From an uncultured cyanobacterium (GTDB taxonomy: Bacteria; Cyanobacteriota; Cyanobacteriia; PCC-9006; JAAUQQ01), in contig OY970368.1 of the NCBI GenBank assembly GCA_963718615.1, forward strand, positions 5,312,001-5,376,000: a DNA stretch of 64,000 bases, in the 5' to 3' direction. The notes under the pieces were generated by a model. The model did no database searches. It was given only the letters and a program-made list of their open reading frames with translations, and had not been told where the DNA came from. This document shows positions 29,519-37,908 of this stretch, in pieces. Numbering within the stretch: the stretch's first letter is position 1; each line of letters starts with the position of its first letter. Made by a program: the position numbers and the translations under genes.

Positions 29519-30433
29519 CTAAGATCGCTTCTGGTGTGTCGATGTTTGGGAGTCAGATTCAGAGGATTTTGCCGGGAGTGCCTTCAAGTTCTCAGAGCGC
29601 TGGTGAGCGGAGCGTTTACGAAAACTGTCCGCCTTGATTTCGAGAATGACCGCATGGTGAATGAGGCGGTCAACGGCGGCGACGGTCATCATGGAATCAC
29701 CAAAGATGGAGTTCCACTCACTGAACGGCTGATTGGCAGTGACCATGATGCTTTTGCGCTCATAGCGATAGGCAATGAGTTCAAAGAGAACGGAGGTTTC
29801 TGCCTCGGATTTTTGGACATAGCCGAGGTCATCAATGATCACGAGGTCAAAGCGGTCGAGCTTTTTCAGGGCAGGCTGAAGCTGGAGATGAAGCTTTTCT
29901 TTTTGGAGATACTGCACCAGGGTGGTGGCACAGAAGAATTTGACGCGCTTGCCCGCTTCCAGGGCGGCACGAGCGATGCCAGCGGCCAGATGGGTTTTGC
30001 CGACCCCAGAAGGTCCGAAGAAGAGACAGTTTTGGGCGTCATCAATCCACTGGGGTTCAGTGGCGAGTTTTTGAATCGGGAGAGGGTTAACCAGGGGCAG
30101 GTGTGTCCAATCGAAATTGGAAACCGTTTTGGCGTTGGGCAGTTGAGCTTCGGTGATGGCTCTTTGGAGGCGCAAAGCCTTGCGGCGGTCTGTTTCGAGT
30201 TGGCACAGGGCCAAGAGAAATTGCGCGTAGGACCAGGTCTCTCGCATGGCTTGCTGCTCCAAGGTCTCCCAGTGGTTGAGCATATGGGATAAGCGCAGGT
30301 GCTTGAGCTGAGCGCTGAGGCTTTGGTAAGGGCTCAGCTCCGGTTGAGACGAGCTCTGGTTCTGCATCTGGGATGACGCTGCTGTGGGTGAACAGGAGGG
30401 CATCGTAGTCGTTGAGGTCATGTTGTTGGACAT
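29519..30433 (-). CDS. istB: IS21 helper ATPase
   Basis: GPSGVGKTHLA Walker A, IIDDLGY Walker B and AVDRLIHHA. True start uncertain (possibly 30367). Confidence 0.95.
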   Translation of the reverse strand: MSNNMTSTTTMPSCSPTAASSQMQNQSSSQPELSPYQSLSAQLKHLRLSHMLNHWETLEQQAMRETWSYAQFLLALCQLETDRRKALRLQRAITEAQLPNAKTVSNFDWTHLPLVNPLPIQKLATEPQWIDDAQNCLFFGPSGVGKTHLAAGIARAALEAGKRVKFFCATTLVQYLQKEKLHLQLQPALKKLDRFDLVIIDDLGYVQKSEAETSVLFELIAYRYERKSIMVTANQPFSEWNSIFGDSMMTVAAVDRLIHHAVILEIKADSFRKRSAHQRSENLKALPAKSSESDSQTSTHQKRS

Positions 30434-31877
30434 TCACGGTGGGGAATTCGAGTTTGGTGAGCAACTGAAAATGGAGTCTGAGCCTTGAGAGGGTGAGGGT
30501 TTTGGCCTCAATCTCTGGGAAGAGGTAGTCAGCGACCGCCGCTTCCTTGTTTTGGGTCGCCGCAATATAGAGGGCTTCGACCATGAGCACGGCGGCAGAA
30601 TCAAGCTCAAAGCCAGCCTGGAGCTGTTTCCAGAGTTGGTGATAGCGCTCATTGGGCAGGAGGTCCTCTCGCCAGGTGCTGTGGAGGAAGGCCAAGGGCT
30701 TTTTGCGCAACCCTTCGATGACATGGTGATAGTCCACCGAGCGGGCGCGCCGCTTGTCCTTGTCAGTAGAACGAATCCGTTTCAACCTGAACACTTCATG
30801 GCCTTCGAGGTAGCCCATCAGGCGGTTGTGGTGCAGATGCACTTCCAGGGACCGGCCAATTAAGCGAGACGGCACGCTGTAGAGCATGCAGCGGATATCA
30901 ATCGTGCTGTTGCTGCTCACCTTAGCGGTGAGGAGTTCGTAGTCCGCAGCCCGGTATTTGGGCAACGCCTGGAGATGCGCTTTCTCATGCTCATACTTAT
31001 CCTGATGCTGGGCATTGAGCTTGGCCACACAGTCATTGAGCAGGTCTTGATAGTCGCTGACGCTAGCGAAGTCGGTGCTGCCGCGCAGGTACATCGCTTG
31101 GACAATGCGGTTCTTCAGATGACCGTGGGGGCCTTCAATAGAACCGTTCTCGTGGGCGATTCCCCGGTTGTTTCGCGTCGGTTGCAACCGATAGTGCTCA
31201 CACAGGTCGTCATACAAGCGCGTCAGCGGTTTGGTCTTCTTCCCACCCAGATTTCGATAGGCCGCACTCAGGCTATCGGTGCGATGCTGCTTTGGAGCCC
31301 CGCCGCAGGCAAACAGGGCATTCTGCAATCCTTCGGATAGGGCGACAAAGCTTTCACCCCCCTCGATTAACTCCGCGTAGGACCAGCCGCTGTAGCCCAA
31401 GCGGTAGTGATAAATCAAGTGCTCATAGGGCTTTCCATTTATCGTCACCACCGTCCCTTTGAGTTCGGTGAAGTCGGAAAATCCTTGCACCCCCGGCTCG
31501 TGACGCAGCTCAAACATCACCTCGGGAGCTGGACCATACAGTGCTTTCCAGGTTCTCACTCGCCGCTGAAGCGTCCTGAGCACTTGCGGATATTGACCCG
31601 GATATTTGTCCTGCAAATGCTCAAATAACGTCGTCGGTTTCAGTCTTGGCTCAGCTCGCAGCATCGCCTCTAGTTCGGCTTCCCAAAGACCGTTGAGTGG
31701 ATCTGGCCGGGTCCGCACCCCGGTGCCCTCTCCACTCCCCTGCTGCCACTCGTTGGCATCCATTCGTTGCGCGGTTCGCACCGAAAATTCCGCCACCGCT
31801 GCCGCATCTTGCTGCGACAGGCCATGCTCCTTTGCATTCATGTACACTCGCTGTTGATACATTATTACTCTCGACAC
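30087..31877 (-). CDS. istA: IS21 transposase
   Basis: RTLQRRVR, QGFSDFT, HRTDSLSAA, HENGSIE and YSVPSRLIG motifs. Confidence 0.95.
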   Translation of the reverse strand: MSRVIMYQQRVYMNAKEHGLSQQDAAAVAEFSVRTAQRMDANEWQQGSGEGTGVRTRPDPLNGLWEAELEAMLRAEPRLKPTTLFEHLQDKYPGQYPQVLRTLQRRVRTWKALYGPAPEVMFELRHEPGVQGFSDFTELKGTVVTINGKPYEHLIYHYRLGYSGWSYAELIEGGESFVALSEGLQNALFACGGAPKQHRTDSLSAAYRNLGGKKTKPLTRLYDDLCEHYRLQPTRNNRGIAHENGSIEGPHGHLKNRIVQAMYLRGSTDFASVSDYQDLLNDCVAKLNAQHQDKYEHEKAHLQALPKYRAADYELLTAKVSSNSTIDIRCMLYSVPSRLIGRSLEVHLHHNRLMGYLEGHEVFRLKRIRSTDKDKRRARSVDYHHVIEGLRKKPLAFLHSTWREDLLPNERYHQLWKQLQAGFELDSAAVLMVEALYIAATQNKEAAVADYLFPEIEAKTLTLSRLRLHFQLLTKLEFPTVNVQQHDLNDYDALLFTHSSVIPDAEPELVSTGAEPLPKPQRSAQAPALIPYAQPLGDLGAASHARDLVLRAISLGPVPTRNRPPQGFAPPKSHHRSSTAQRQNGFQFRLDTPAPG

Positions 31878-32302
31878 TCGTTAGAGTCCTTTCTTTCCAG
31901 GGGGACCCTATGAGTGTCTTTTTTTGTCGATCGCCACGCCAGTGAGCTGTCAAAGTCTCACGTCTGTCTCACGATCCAAGCCACGCTTTCGCGACAACTC
32001 CCGCCAGGAAATGTCGAGCAGCCGCCAATGCTATTGTCGTCTAACACCGCAAGTGGAATTCTACAATGGCAATGGATTCAGAGACGGATGAAAAGGTACA
32101 GCTTTTTAACCCGAGGCGGGATGAGTGGCGGAAGCATTTTGTTTGGTCAGCGGATAAGCTGCAAATTTTGGGGCTAACGGCGATCGGGCGAGCGACGGTG
32201 GAGGCGTTGCAGTTTAATCGGGAGCGGATTTTGAGTGTTCGGGCGGCGGATGTGGAGGTGGGACGGCATCCGCCGGAGGGTGATCCTGTGCTGGAAGAAT
32301 GA

Positions 32303-32650
32303 TTGTTTGGGTGAGGCGATTGGCTTCGCCAAGCTCCGAAGGATCGCCCCCAACCCCGCGATACAATTGAGTGAAGGCGCGATATCTCCCTCCTAAGCAC
32401 AACTCCCCATGCAAGTCACTATCGATATCCCTGAATCCCTGGCAGAACGGCTCAAGCCACACGCCGCGAGGCTCCCGGAAAGCCTGGAGTGGGGTTTGTT
32501 GGAGGTGCAGTCAGAGAAAGAAGCAGCGGGATTTGTCGCAAGATGAGCAAACGAAGCTGGAACGCTGTTTTTGGCTGGAGCATTGGGTCAGATTGGCGAA
32601 GGGGAATGCCTATCGGCAGCTTAAGTTGGCAGCATGAGCTATGTTGCTGG
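32303..32650 (+). pseudogene. Linker repeat R copy 3 plus an internally deleted, frameshifted duplicate of the 28321 gene
   Basis: Near-identical to 28193-28690 except for a 22-bp deletion in the linker and loss of about 128 bp (28429-28556). Confidence 0.9.
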
Positions 32651-32810
32651 TACACGAATTTTGCGGTTCGATTTGCCGGAACGGGTGGAAGAGAGATTGC
32701 TTTGGGCAATGCTTGAATAAGCAGTTTCACCGGGGGAAATTTTGAGCGGTTGGGTGGCGGATGCTGAGGTTGGGCAGCATCCACTGGGGAGTGATCCTGT
32801 GTAAGAATAG
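32634..32810 (+). pseudogene. Two further HNH relics
   Basis: MSYVAG joined to TRILRFDLPERVEERLL, then a degenerate QF...ADAEVGQHP..SDPV*E* matching the end of the 29215 HNH. Confidence 0.65.
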
Positions 32811-32900
32811 GCAACTATGACGGCGTAGATGAGTGATGAAAATTTAGTGAATGCCAGCAGATTATGAATTTTAAGCGACTGGCATCCACTAAGATAAAGA

Positions 32901-34481
32901 CTATTTCCGTAAGCGAATAAAGCGATTTACTTCGCTTTTGTGATATTTGACTATATGGTGAAGAGTCCCATCACCAACAGTTTTACCATCACCATCTTGA
33001 TCGCCATCTTTGTCTGTACGCCAGTTAGACTCTGAAATCCAAATATAATCACCTTCCACTTTTTCGACAATTGCTACATGTCCAAATTCTCCAGTAGTCC
33101 ATTGGGCAATATCTCCAGCTTGGGGTTGTGTAGCGATTGAAGCACCGTTATGGAACGCGCCCCACTGTTTGGCATTAGCCTGGCCCAATGAGGCAACAGC
33201 ATCTTCTGGGCGATACCCTAGTTCTTTGAGACGACCATACACGTACCAAGTACAGTTTCCTTCCATTCCCGAACTATTTTCACCTAGAAGACTTGACCCA
33301 AGCCCGCTTTCGGCAAAAGGATTTCCTTCTTTCCCATAAAACTGCCTACGGGATTGAAAGTAACTTGCATTCTGTCGTGTTAACAATGGCGAAAAGCTTC
33401 CTCCTGTCAAAGTGGAAGAAGACTGAAAAATGCTACCATTTGCGTTGATCACCCATGCTCCCCCATTAGCAGTTGCGGCAACGTTTACAGCGGCACCTCC
33501 AACCTCCTCCCATCCGAAGCCAGTCCATTTGTGAATACTATTTCCTCCGCTACCTCGCGAATTCATACCAATCACCCATACTGAGCCATCCGCACCTATA
33601 TCAATATCTTTTGCAAGACCGGGCTGAGGTATCCACTGATTAGCTTGCCGTTGATAAATAACTCCATTAGCATTAACAACCCAGGGTGTACCATCAGGTT
33701 GAACTGCAATCTTTACAGCGGCACCTCCAACTTCCTCCCATCCGAAGCCAGTCCATTTGTGAATACTATTTCCTCCGCTACCTCGCGAATTCATACCAAT
33801 CACCCATACTGAGCCATCCGCACCTGTATCAATATCTTTTGCAGCACCAATTTTGTGAGACCAACTAATACTATTCATCTCAATATCTAATGTTTTTCCA
33901 TTCAGAAAAATGGAGGATTGATCATCTTGGTTTTGCAGATTAACCAGGACTGAAGCATCGATAAAATTATCTTGAACAATCCGCGAGAAAATATCCCCCT
34001 CATCCCCCGCCGCATCGATCGCATTCACCCGCGCATCAACCCCATGCCCAAACTCCTCAATCAAAACCCCCGTAATCGCATCAAAATCCCCCGACGCCAA
34101 AAACTGCCGCGACAGATAAACCGTATCCGTCGCCTGAGCATAGGCCCCCAACGCCCCACCCAAAATGCTGTCATCCAACACCTCCACCCGAGGCAACACC
34201 CCAGTCCCCATCACCAACGAATCAAAAAACTGACCCGCCGCAACCCCATCGAATCCCTCCCCAAACGCCACCCCCATCTGCGCCGCAAAAGCCTCCCGCT
34301 GCCCAAACCGCACCATCGCCTCATAGGCCTGCTGCACCCCCTGGTGCAATACCGCGTCCACACTGCTCTGATCCATCGGTTCAGCCTGAGCCAGCTCAGG
34401 AGAAACCTGCGACACCGGCAAACCCACCACCGGCTGAGAAGACACCAAGAACTCTGAGTTACTGCTTGAAGAGAAAGTCAT
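32901..34481 (-). CDS. Multi-domain protein: N-terminal EExGH/DAAGDEG module, tectonin-like repeats and C-terminal CHAP amidase
   Basis: LIEEFGH..D...DAAGDEG; repeated DIGADGSVWVIG; CHAP motifs NCTWYV and GHVAIVE. Confidence 0.82.
   Translation of the reverse strand: MTFSSSSNSEFLVSSQPVVGLPVSQVSPELAQAEPMDQSSVDAVLHQGVQQAYEAMVRFGQREAFAAQMGVAFGEGFDGVAAGQFFDSLVMGTGVLPRVEVLDDSILGGALGAYAQATDTVYLSRQFLASGDFDAITGVLIEEFGHGVDARVNAIDAAGDEGDIFSRIVQDNFIDASVLVNLQNQDDQSSIFLNGKTLDIEMNSISWSHKIGAAKDIDTGADGSVWVIGMNSRGSGGNSIHKWTGFGWEEVGGAAVKIAVQPDGTPWVVNANGVIYQRQANQWIPQPGLAKDIDIGADGSVWVIGMNSRGSGGNSIHKWTGFGWEEVGGAAVNVAATANGGAWVINANGSIFQSSSTLTGGSFSPLLTRQNASYFQSRRQFYGKEGNPFAESGLGSSLLGENSSGMEGNCTWYVYGRLKELGYRPEDAVASLGQANAKQWGAFHNGASIATQPQAGDIAQWTTGEFGHVAIVEKVEGDYIWISESNWRTDKDGDQDGDGKTVGDGTLHHIVKYHKSEVNRFIRLRK
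33484..33843. repeat. Intragenic 132-bp direct repeat
   Basis: 33484-33615 versus 33712-33843; two mismatches seen. Confidence 0.92.
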
Positions 34482-34795
34482 AATGCTTGTGAAAACGATA
34501 GGTCCGCGCCCTGAGCGCTGTTCCTTGTGATAGCGCGTCTAGTCCCAATAAGAGAATGAGAAAAGATGCATTTGGCCAAAACTTGATAGCAGCATGTGCA
34601 GGAGCTGAGCTTTCTTTTTGAAAAGACAGAATTCCGTAATTGCCCCTGCGCCAAATTGCCAACAACAACCCAACAGTTAAATTCTTCCCCCCTGTCCTAT
34701 TCCTCCCCAGTTTCCTAACCTTGTTTTCGGTCTGTTATTCTCTAAAAAGAAACAAGGGTGCTTAGAACTGCAAACCGCAAAAGTCCAGGACCTCT

Positions 34796-35230
34796 ATGAG
34801 CAAAACATCCCTAGAAGACTTTCAGGCTTGGACCCATCAAACCGCCCAACTGTTGCGAGAGCATCGGTGGCATGAGATCGATTTACCAAAACTCATTGAA
34901 GAGGTCGAAGACTTGGGCAAAAGCGAACGTCGGAGCATTGCCAGCCAGCTCACTCGTCTTCTTCTCCATTTGCTCAAGTGGCAATATCAACCTCAACGGC
35001 GATCAGATAGCTGGCTCGACTCCATGACCGACGCTAGAACTCAAATTGCATTAACCCTTGAAGATAGCCCCAGCCTGAAAAGCTATCCCGCCGAGACCCT
35101 CGCCGCTAGTTACCAGCGTGCCCGTCGTCAGGCGAGCCAGCAAACTGGGATAGAGTGCTCGGTTTTTAAAGAGTCCTGCCCCTATTCCCTGGACCACATC
35201 TTGTCCGAGACCTGGCTACCGGAAAGTTAG
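34796..35230 (+). CDS. DUF29 family protein
   Basis: LIEEVEDLGKSERR, LLLHLLKWQYQP and SPSLK motifs. Confidence 0.93.
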   Translation: MSKTSLEDFQAWTHQTAQLLREHRWHEIDLPKLIEEVEDLGKSERRSIASQLTRLLLHLLKWQYQPQRRSDSWLDSMTDARTQIALTLEDSPSLKSYPAETLAASYQRARRQASQQTGIECSVFKESCPYSLDHILSETWLPES

Positions 35231-35362
35231 ATGACTTTGGGATAAAGTGTTATTTTCGCCACGCTCCCGACTCGCTTCCTTATCAAAGTGCTCAACGTGC
35301 GTGATGCGGTTTGGCGATGACCTTATTGCTCCAACGCAAACAGCTTCTAGGGTTGAGAAAAT

Positions 35363-36580
35363 ATGAGCGATCGCCCCACCCTCATCATCGGCGCAGGCCC
35401 CACCGGCGCAGCCCTCACCCTTCTCCTCGCCCGTGCAGGTTTACCCGTCATTCTCATCGAAGCCGCCTCCCACTTCCAGCGCATTTTTCGGGGACAAGCC
35501 CTCATGCCCAGCGGTCTAGAGGCCCTAGCCCAGCTCGGCCTCCGGGAAACCATTGAGACAATGCCTCACCAAACCCTAGACGCCTGGGAATTTTGGATCG
35601 AAGGAAAACGCCTGTTTCGCGTTGAGGAACCCCTCGAAGCCGACGGTCTCCCCTGTACCCTTGTGTCTCAACCGGCCCTGCTCACCGCCCTGGTGGCTGA
35701 AGCGCGAACCTATCTAAATTGCCAGGTGTTGCAGGGAACGGCTGTCCAAGATTTGTTGCGGGAGGGCGATCGGGTAATTGGGGTAAAGCTCGCCAATGGC
35801 GAAAGCCTGGGGGCCAAATTGGTGATCGCGGCGGATGGGCGGAATTCGACAATGCGGCAGCGGGCTGGGTTGGTCTTACAACCTAATGGGGCTGGACGAA
35901 CGGCAGTTCGTCCCTACGGTGTGAATGTGCTTTGGTTTAAGCTCAAGGACGTGCCGCCCGTTCGGGATGAAAACGTCTTCCATGCCATTCTTAAGGGCCG
36001 CCATAGCTTTGGGTTCTTTCAGAGCGCAGAAGGGGAACCGCAGATCGGTTGGGCGATCCATCCTGACGATGAGCTGGATTGGAAAAATCTAGACTGGCCC
36101 GAACAGTTGGCGAAGCATTCACCAGATTGGCTAGCGCCCTATTTTCGTAAACATGCTGCCCAGCTTGAAACCCCCACGTTGTTTTCCGTGACCGTGGGTC
36201 TCGCACCGCAATGGTGGATGCCAGGGCTACTATTACTCGGCGATGCAGCTCATCCCATGTCGCCCATTCGCGCCCAGGGCATTAATATGGCGCTGCGGGA
36301 TGCCATTGTTGCCGCGAAGCATTTGGAGCCTTTGCTGCAAGAAGATGTGGAGACCACTCGGCTTGATGCAGCTTTGGCGCAGATTCAGGCAGAACGGGAA
36401 CCGGAGATTCGGCGATCGCAACATCTCCAAGCCCAAGAACTCGCCCAAGCCGCTAAGCTGCGCAACTTCCCCCTGCTGCGCTGGGGAGCCAGCACCTTTG
36501 CGCCACTCGTGGGTCCGGGTGTGCGGTGGTCTTGGCTGCAACGACAGCAGCAATTAAGACAAGGGATACAATCCCTTTAG
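35363..36580 (+). CDS. FAD-dependent monooxygenase/oxidoreductase
   Basis: GAGPTG, AADGRNS and GDAAHPMSP motifs. Confidence 0.9.
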   Translation: MSDRPTLIIGAGPTGAALTLLLARAGLPVILIEAASHFQRIFRGQALMPSGLEALAQLGLRETIETMPHQTLDAWEFWIEGKRLFRVEEPLEADGLPCTLVSQPALLTALVAEARTYLNCQVLQGTAVQDLLREGDRVIGVKLANGESLGAKLVIAADGRNSTMRQRAGLVLQPNGAGRTAVRPYGVNVLWFKLKDVPPVRDENVFHAILKGRHSFGFFQSAEGEPQIGWAIHPDDELDWKNLDWPEQLAKHSPDWLAPYFRKHAAQLETPTLFSVTVGLAPQWWMPGLLLLGDAAHPMSPIRAQGINMALRDAIVAAKHLEPLLQEDVETTRLDAALAQIQAEREPEIRRSQHLQAQELAQAAKLRNFPLLRWGASTFAPLVGPGVRWSWLQRQQQLRQGIQSL

Positions 36581-36591
36581 CCCTGCAAGCT

Positions 36592-37725
36592 TTAATCCTT
36601 CAAATCGCTCTCCAAAACAAACTGAATATAGGGTGCATACAGCTCTGGCTCTAACAAAAAGGAATCGTGACCTTTATTGGAATGCACCGTAATATATTTC
36701 ACATCCACGCCATCCGCTTCTAGAGCCTTGACGATCGCCATCTGCTCCTCTGGATAAAAACACACATCCGAATCGATCGTAAATACCAAATACTGCTGTC
36801 CCTTGCATTGCTCAAAAATTCCCGGTGCATCGCCAATGTGGTAGCGCTGCCACATATCCATAATGCGCAAATAACTATTGGCATCAAACCGTTCCGCAAA
36901 CTTTTTGCCTTGGTACAGCATGTAGGATTCAATCGAATGGGAAAGGGGATAAAAATCACCGATTCGTTCTTGAATCTCGATATCTTGCCTCGCCCTTGCC
37001 TCTAGGACCTGGAGCGAAACAAAGGTTTTGTGGGCGATCATTCGGCCTAGAGCCAAACCCTGCTTAGGTAAATCTGCTTCGTAATAATTGCCATTCTTAA
37101 AATTGCGGTCATTGCGAATTGCGACGATCTGTTCTAAATTCAAAATTCGCTGCAAGACAGTGGTTTCAAATCCGGTGGCGATCGCAATTACATGCCTGAC
37201 CCGATCCGGGCAACGGGTCGCCAGCAGCAATGCCATCATTCCCCCCAGCGAACCGCCCACTACCGCATGGAGCCGATCAATCTTCAACGCATCCAGTAAA
37301 TACAGTTGGCTACGCACTACATCCCAGGCACTAATCTGTGGAAAGCCGCTGCCGTAAGGTTTTTCGGTCTTGGGATCGAGCGATCGCGGTCCCGTAGATC
37401 CATAGCAACTGCCCAGATAATTCGCACAAATAACGCAATACTTTTCGGTGTCTAAGGCCCGACGCGGACCAATAAAATCATCCCACCAGCCCTGCACACA
37501 TTCATCAGTCCACAGCGACCCTACTTTAGGTATAGCAGAGTTAATACCTGCGGCATGGTGGCTACCGGTTAAAGCATGAAATAGCAGAATAGCATTGCTG
37601 GCATCTGCATTCAGATTGCCGTAGGTTTCGTAGGCAATTTCAACGCCCTCTAGAACATCTCCGGAGTCTAGCAGAAAGGGAGTTTGTAGCTTCAAAAACT
37701 GCGTTTTAACCGGACCAATACTCAT
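36592..37725 (-). CDS. metX: Homoserine O-acetyltransferase
   Basis: HALTG, GGSLGGM, FDANSY and GHDSFL motifs. Confidence 0.95.
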   Translation of the reverse strand: MSIGPVKTQFLKLQTPFLLDSGDVLEGVEIAYETYGNLNADASNAILLFHALTGSHHAAGINSAIPKVGSLWTDECVQGWWDDFIGPRRALDTEKYCVICANYLGSCYGSTGPRSLDPKTEKPYGSGFPQISAWDVVRSQLYLLDALKIDRLHAVVGGSLGGMMALLLATRCPDRVRHVIAIATGFETTVLQRILNLEQIVAIRNDRNFKNGNYYEADLPKQGLALGRMIAHKTFVSLQVLEARARQDIEIQERIGDFYPLSHSIESYMLYQGKKFAERFDANSYLRIMDMWQRYHIGDAPGIFEQCKGQQYLVFTIDSDVCFYPEEQMAIVKALEADGVDVKYITVHSNKGHDSFLLEPELYAPYIQFVLESDLKD

Positions 37726-37807
37726 AGACCCTGAACATTAAAATTTGCGAGTTCCTTGCGATTATTGCGATTGCGGAAGTCTTAACCATCCAGCTCATCC
37801 AGAATCC

Positions 37808-37891
37808 GTAGGTTGGGTTGAGCCAACGAAACCCAACAAGTCAAAGCCGTCGCCTTGCCTGTTGGGTTTTACAGGGTTTAACCCAACCTAC
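37808..37891. repeat. REP-like inverted doublet
   Basis: GTAGGTTGGGTT...AACCCAAC followed by GTTGGGTT...AACCCAACCTAC: two GTAG-footed hairpins in inverted orientation. Confidence 0.85.
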
Positions 37892-37908
37892 ACTAGCTCA
37901 TTCAAGCG

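Larger units (their letters stand above)
29414..32046 (-). mobile_element. IS21-family insertion sequence (2633 bp)
   Basis: istA/istB pair; 8-bp target duplication CCGCAAGT (29406-29413 and 32047-32054); imperfect ends TATCAAGTGTCAA and TTGTCGTCTAACA. Confidence 0.92.
29215..32302 (+). pseudogene. HNH endonuclease interrupted by IS21
   Basis: Removing the IS and one target copy restores ...NLALACFYCNRRK-WNSTMAMDSETDEKVQLFNPR...GDPVLEE* in frame. Confidence 0.92.

Noticed and set aside
29534-30292. 252-aa plus-strand ORF
   Set aside because: Antisense shadow of istB.
26245-32448. R and S linkers as integron attC sites or CRISPR repeats
   Set aside because: No integron integrase or cas genes, irregular kilobase spacing, and R includes the start of a coding sequence.
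33484-33843. Template/variable repeat pair of a diversity-generating retroelement
   Set aside because: Both copies are in frame within one gene, there are only two differences, and no reverse transcriptase is present.
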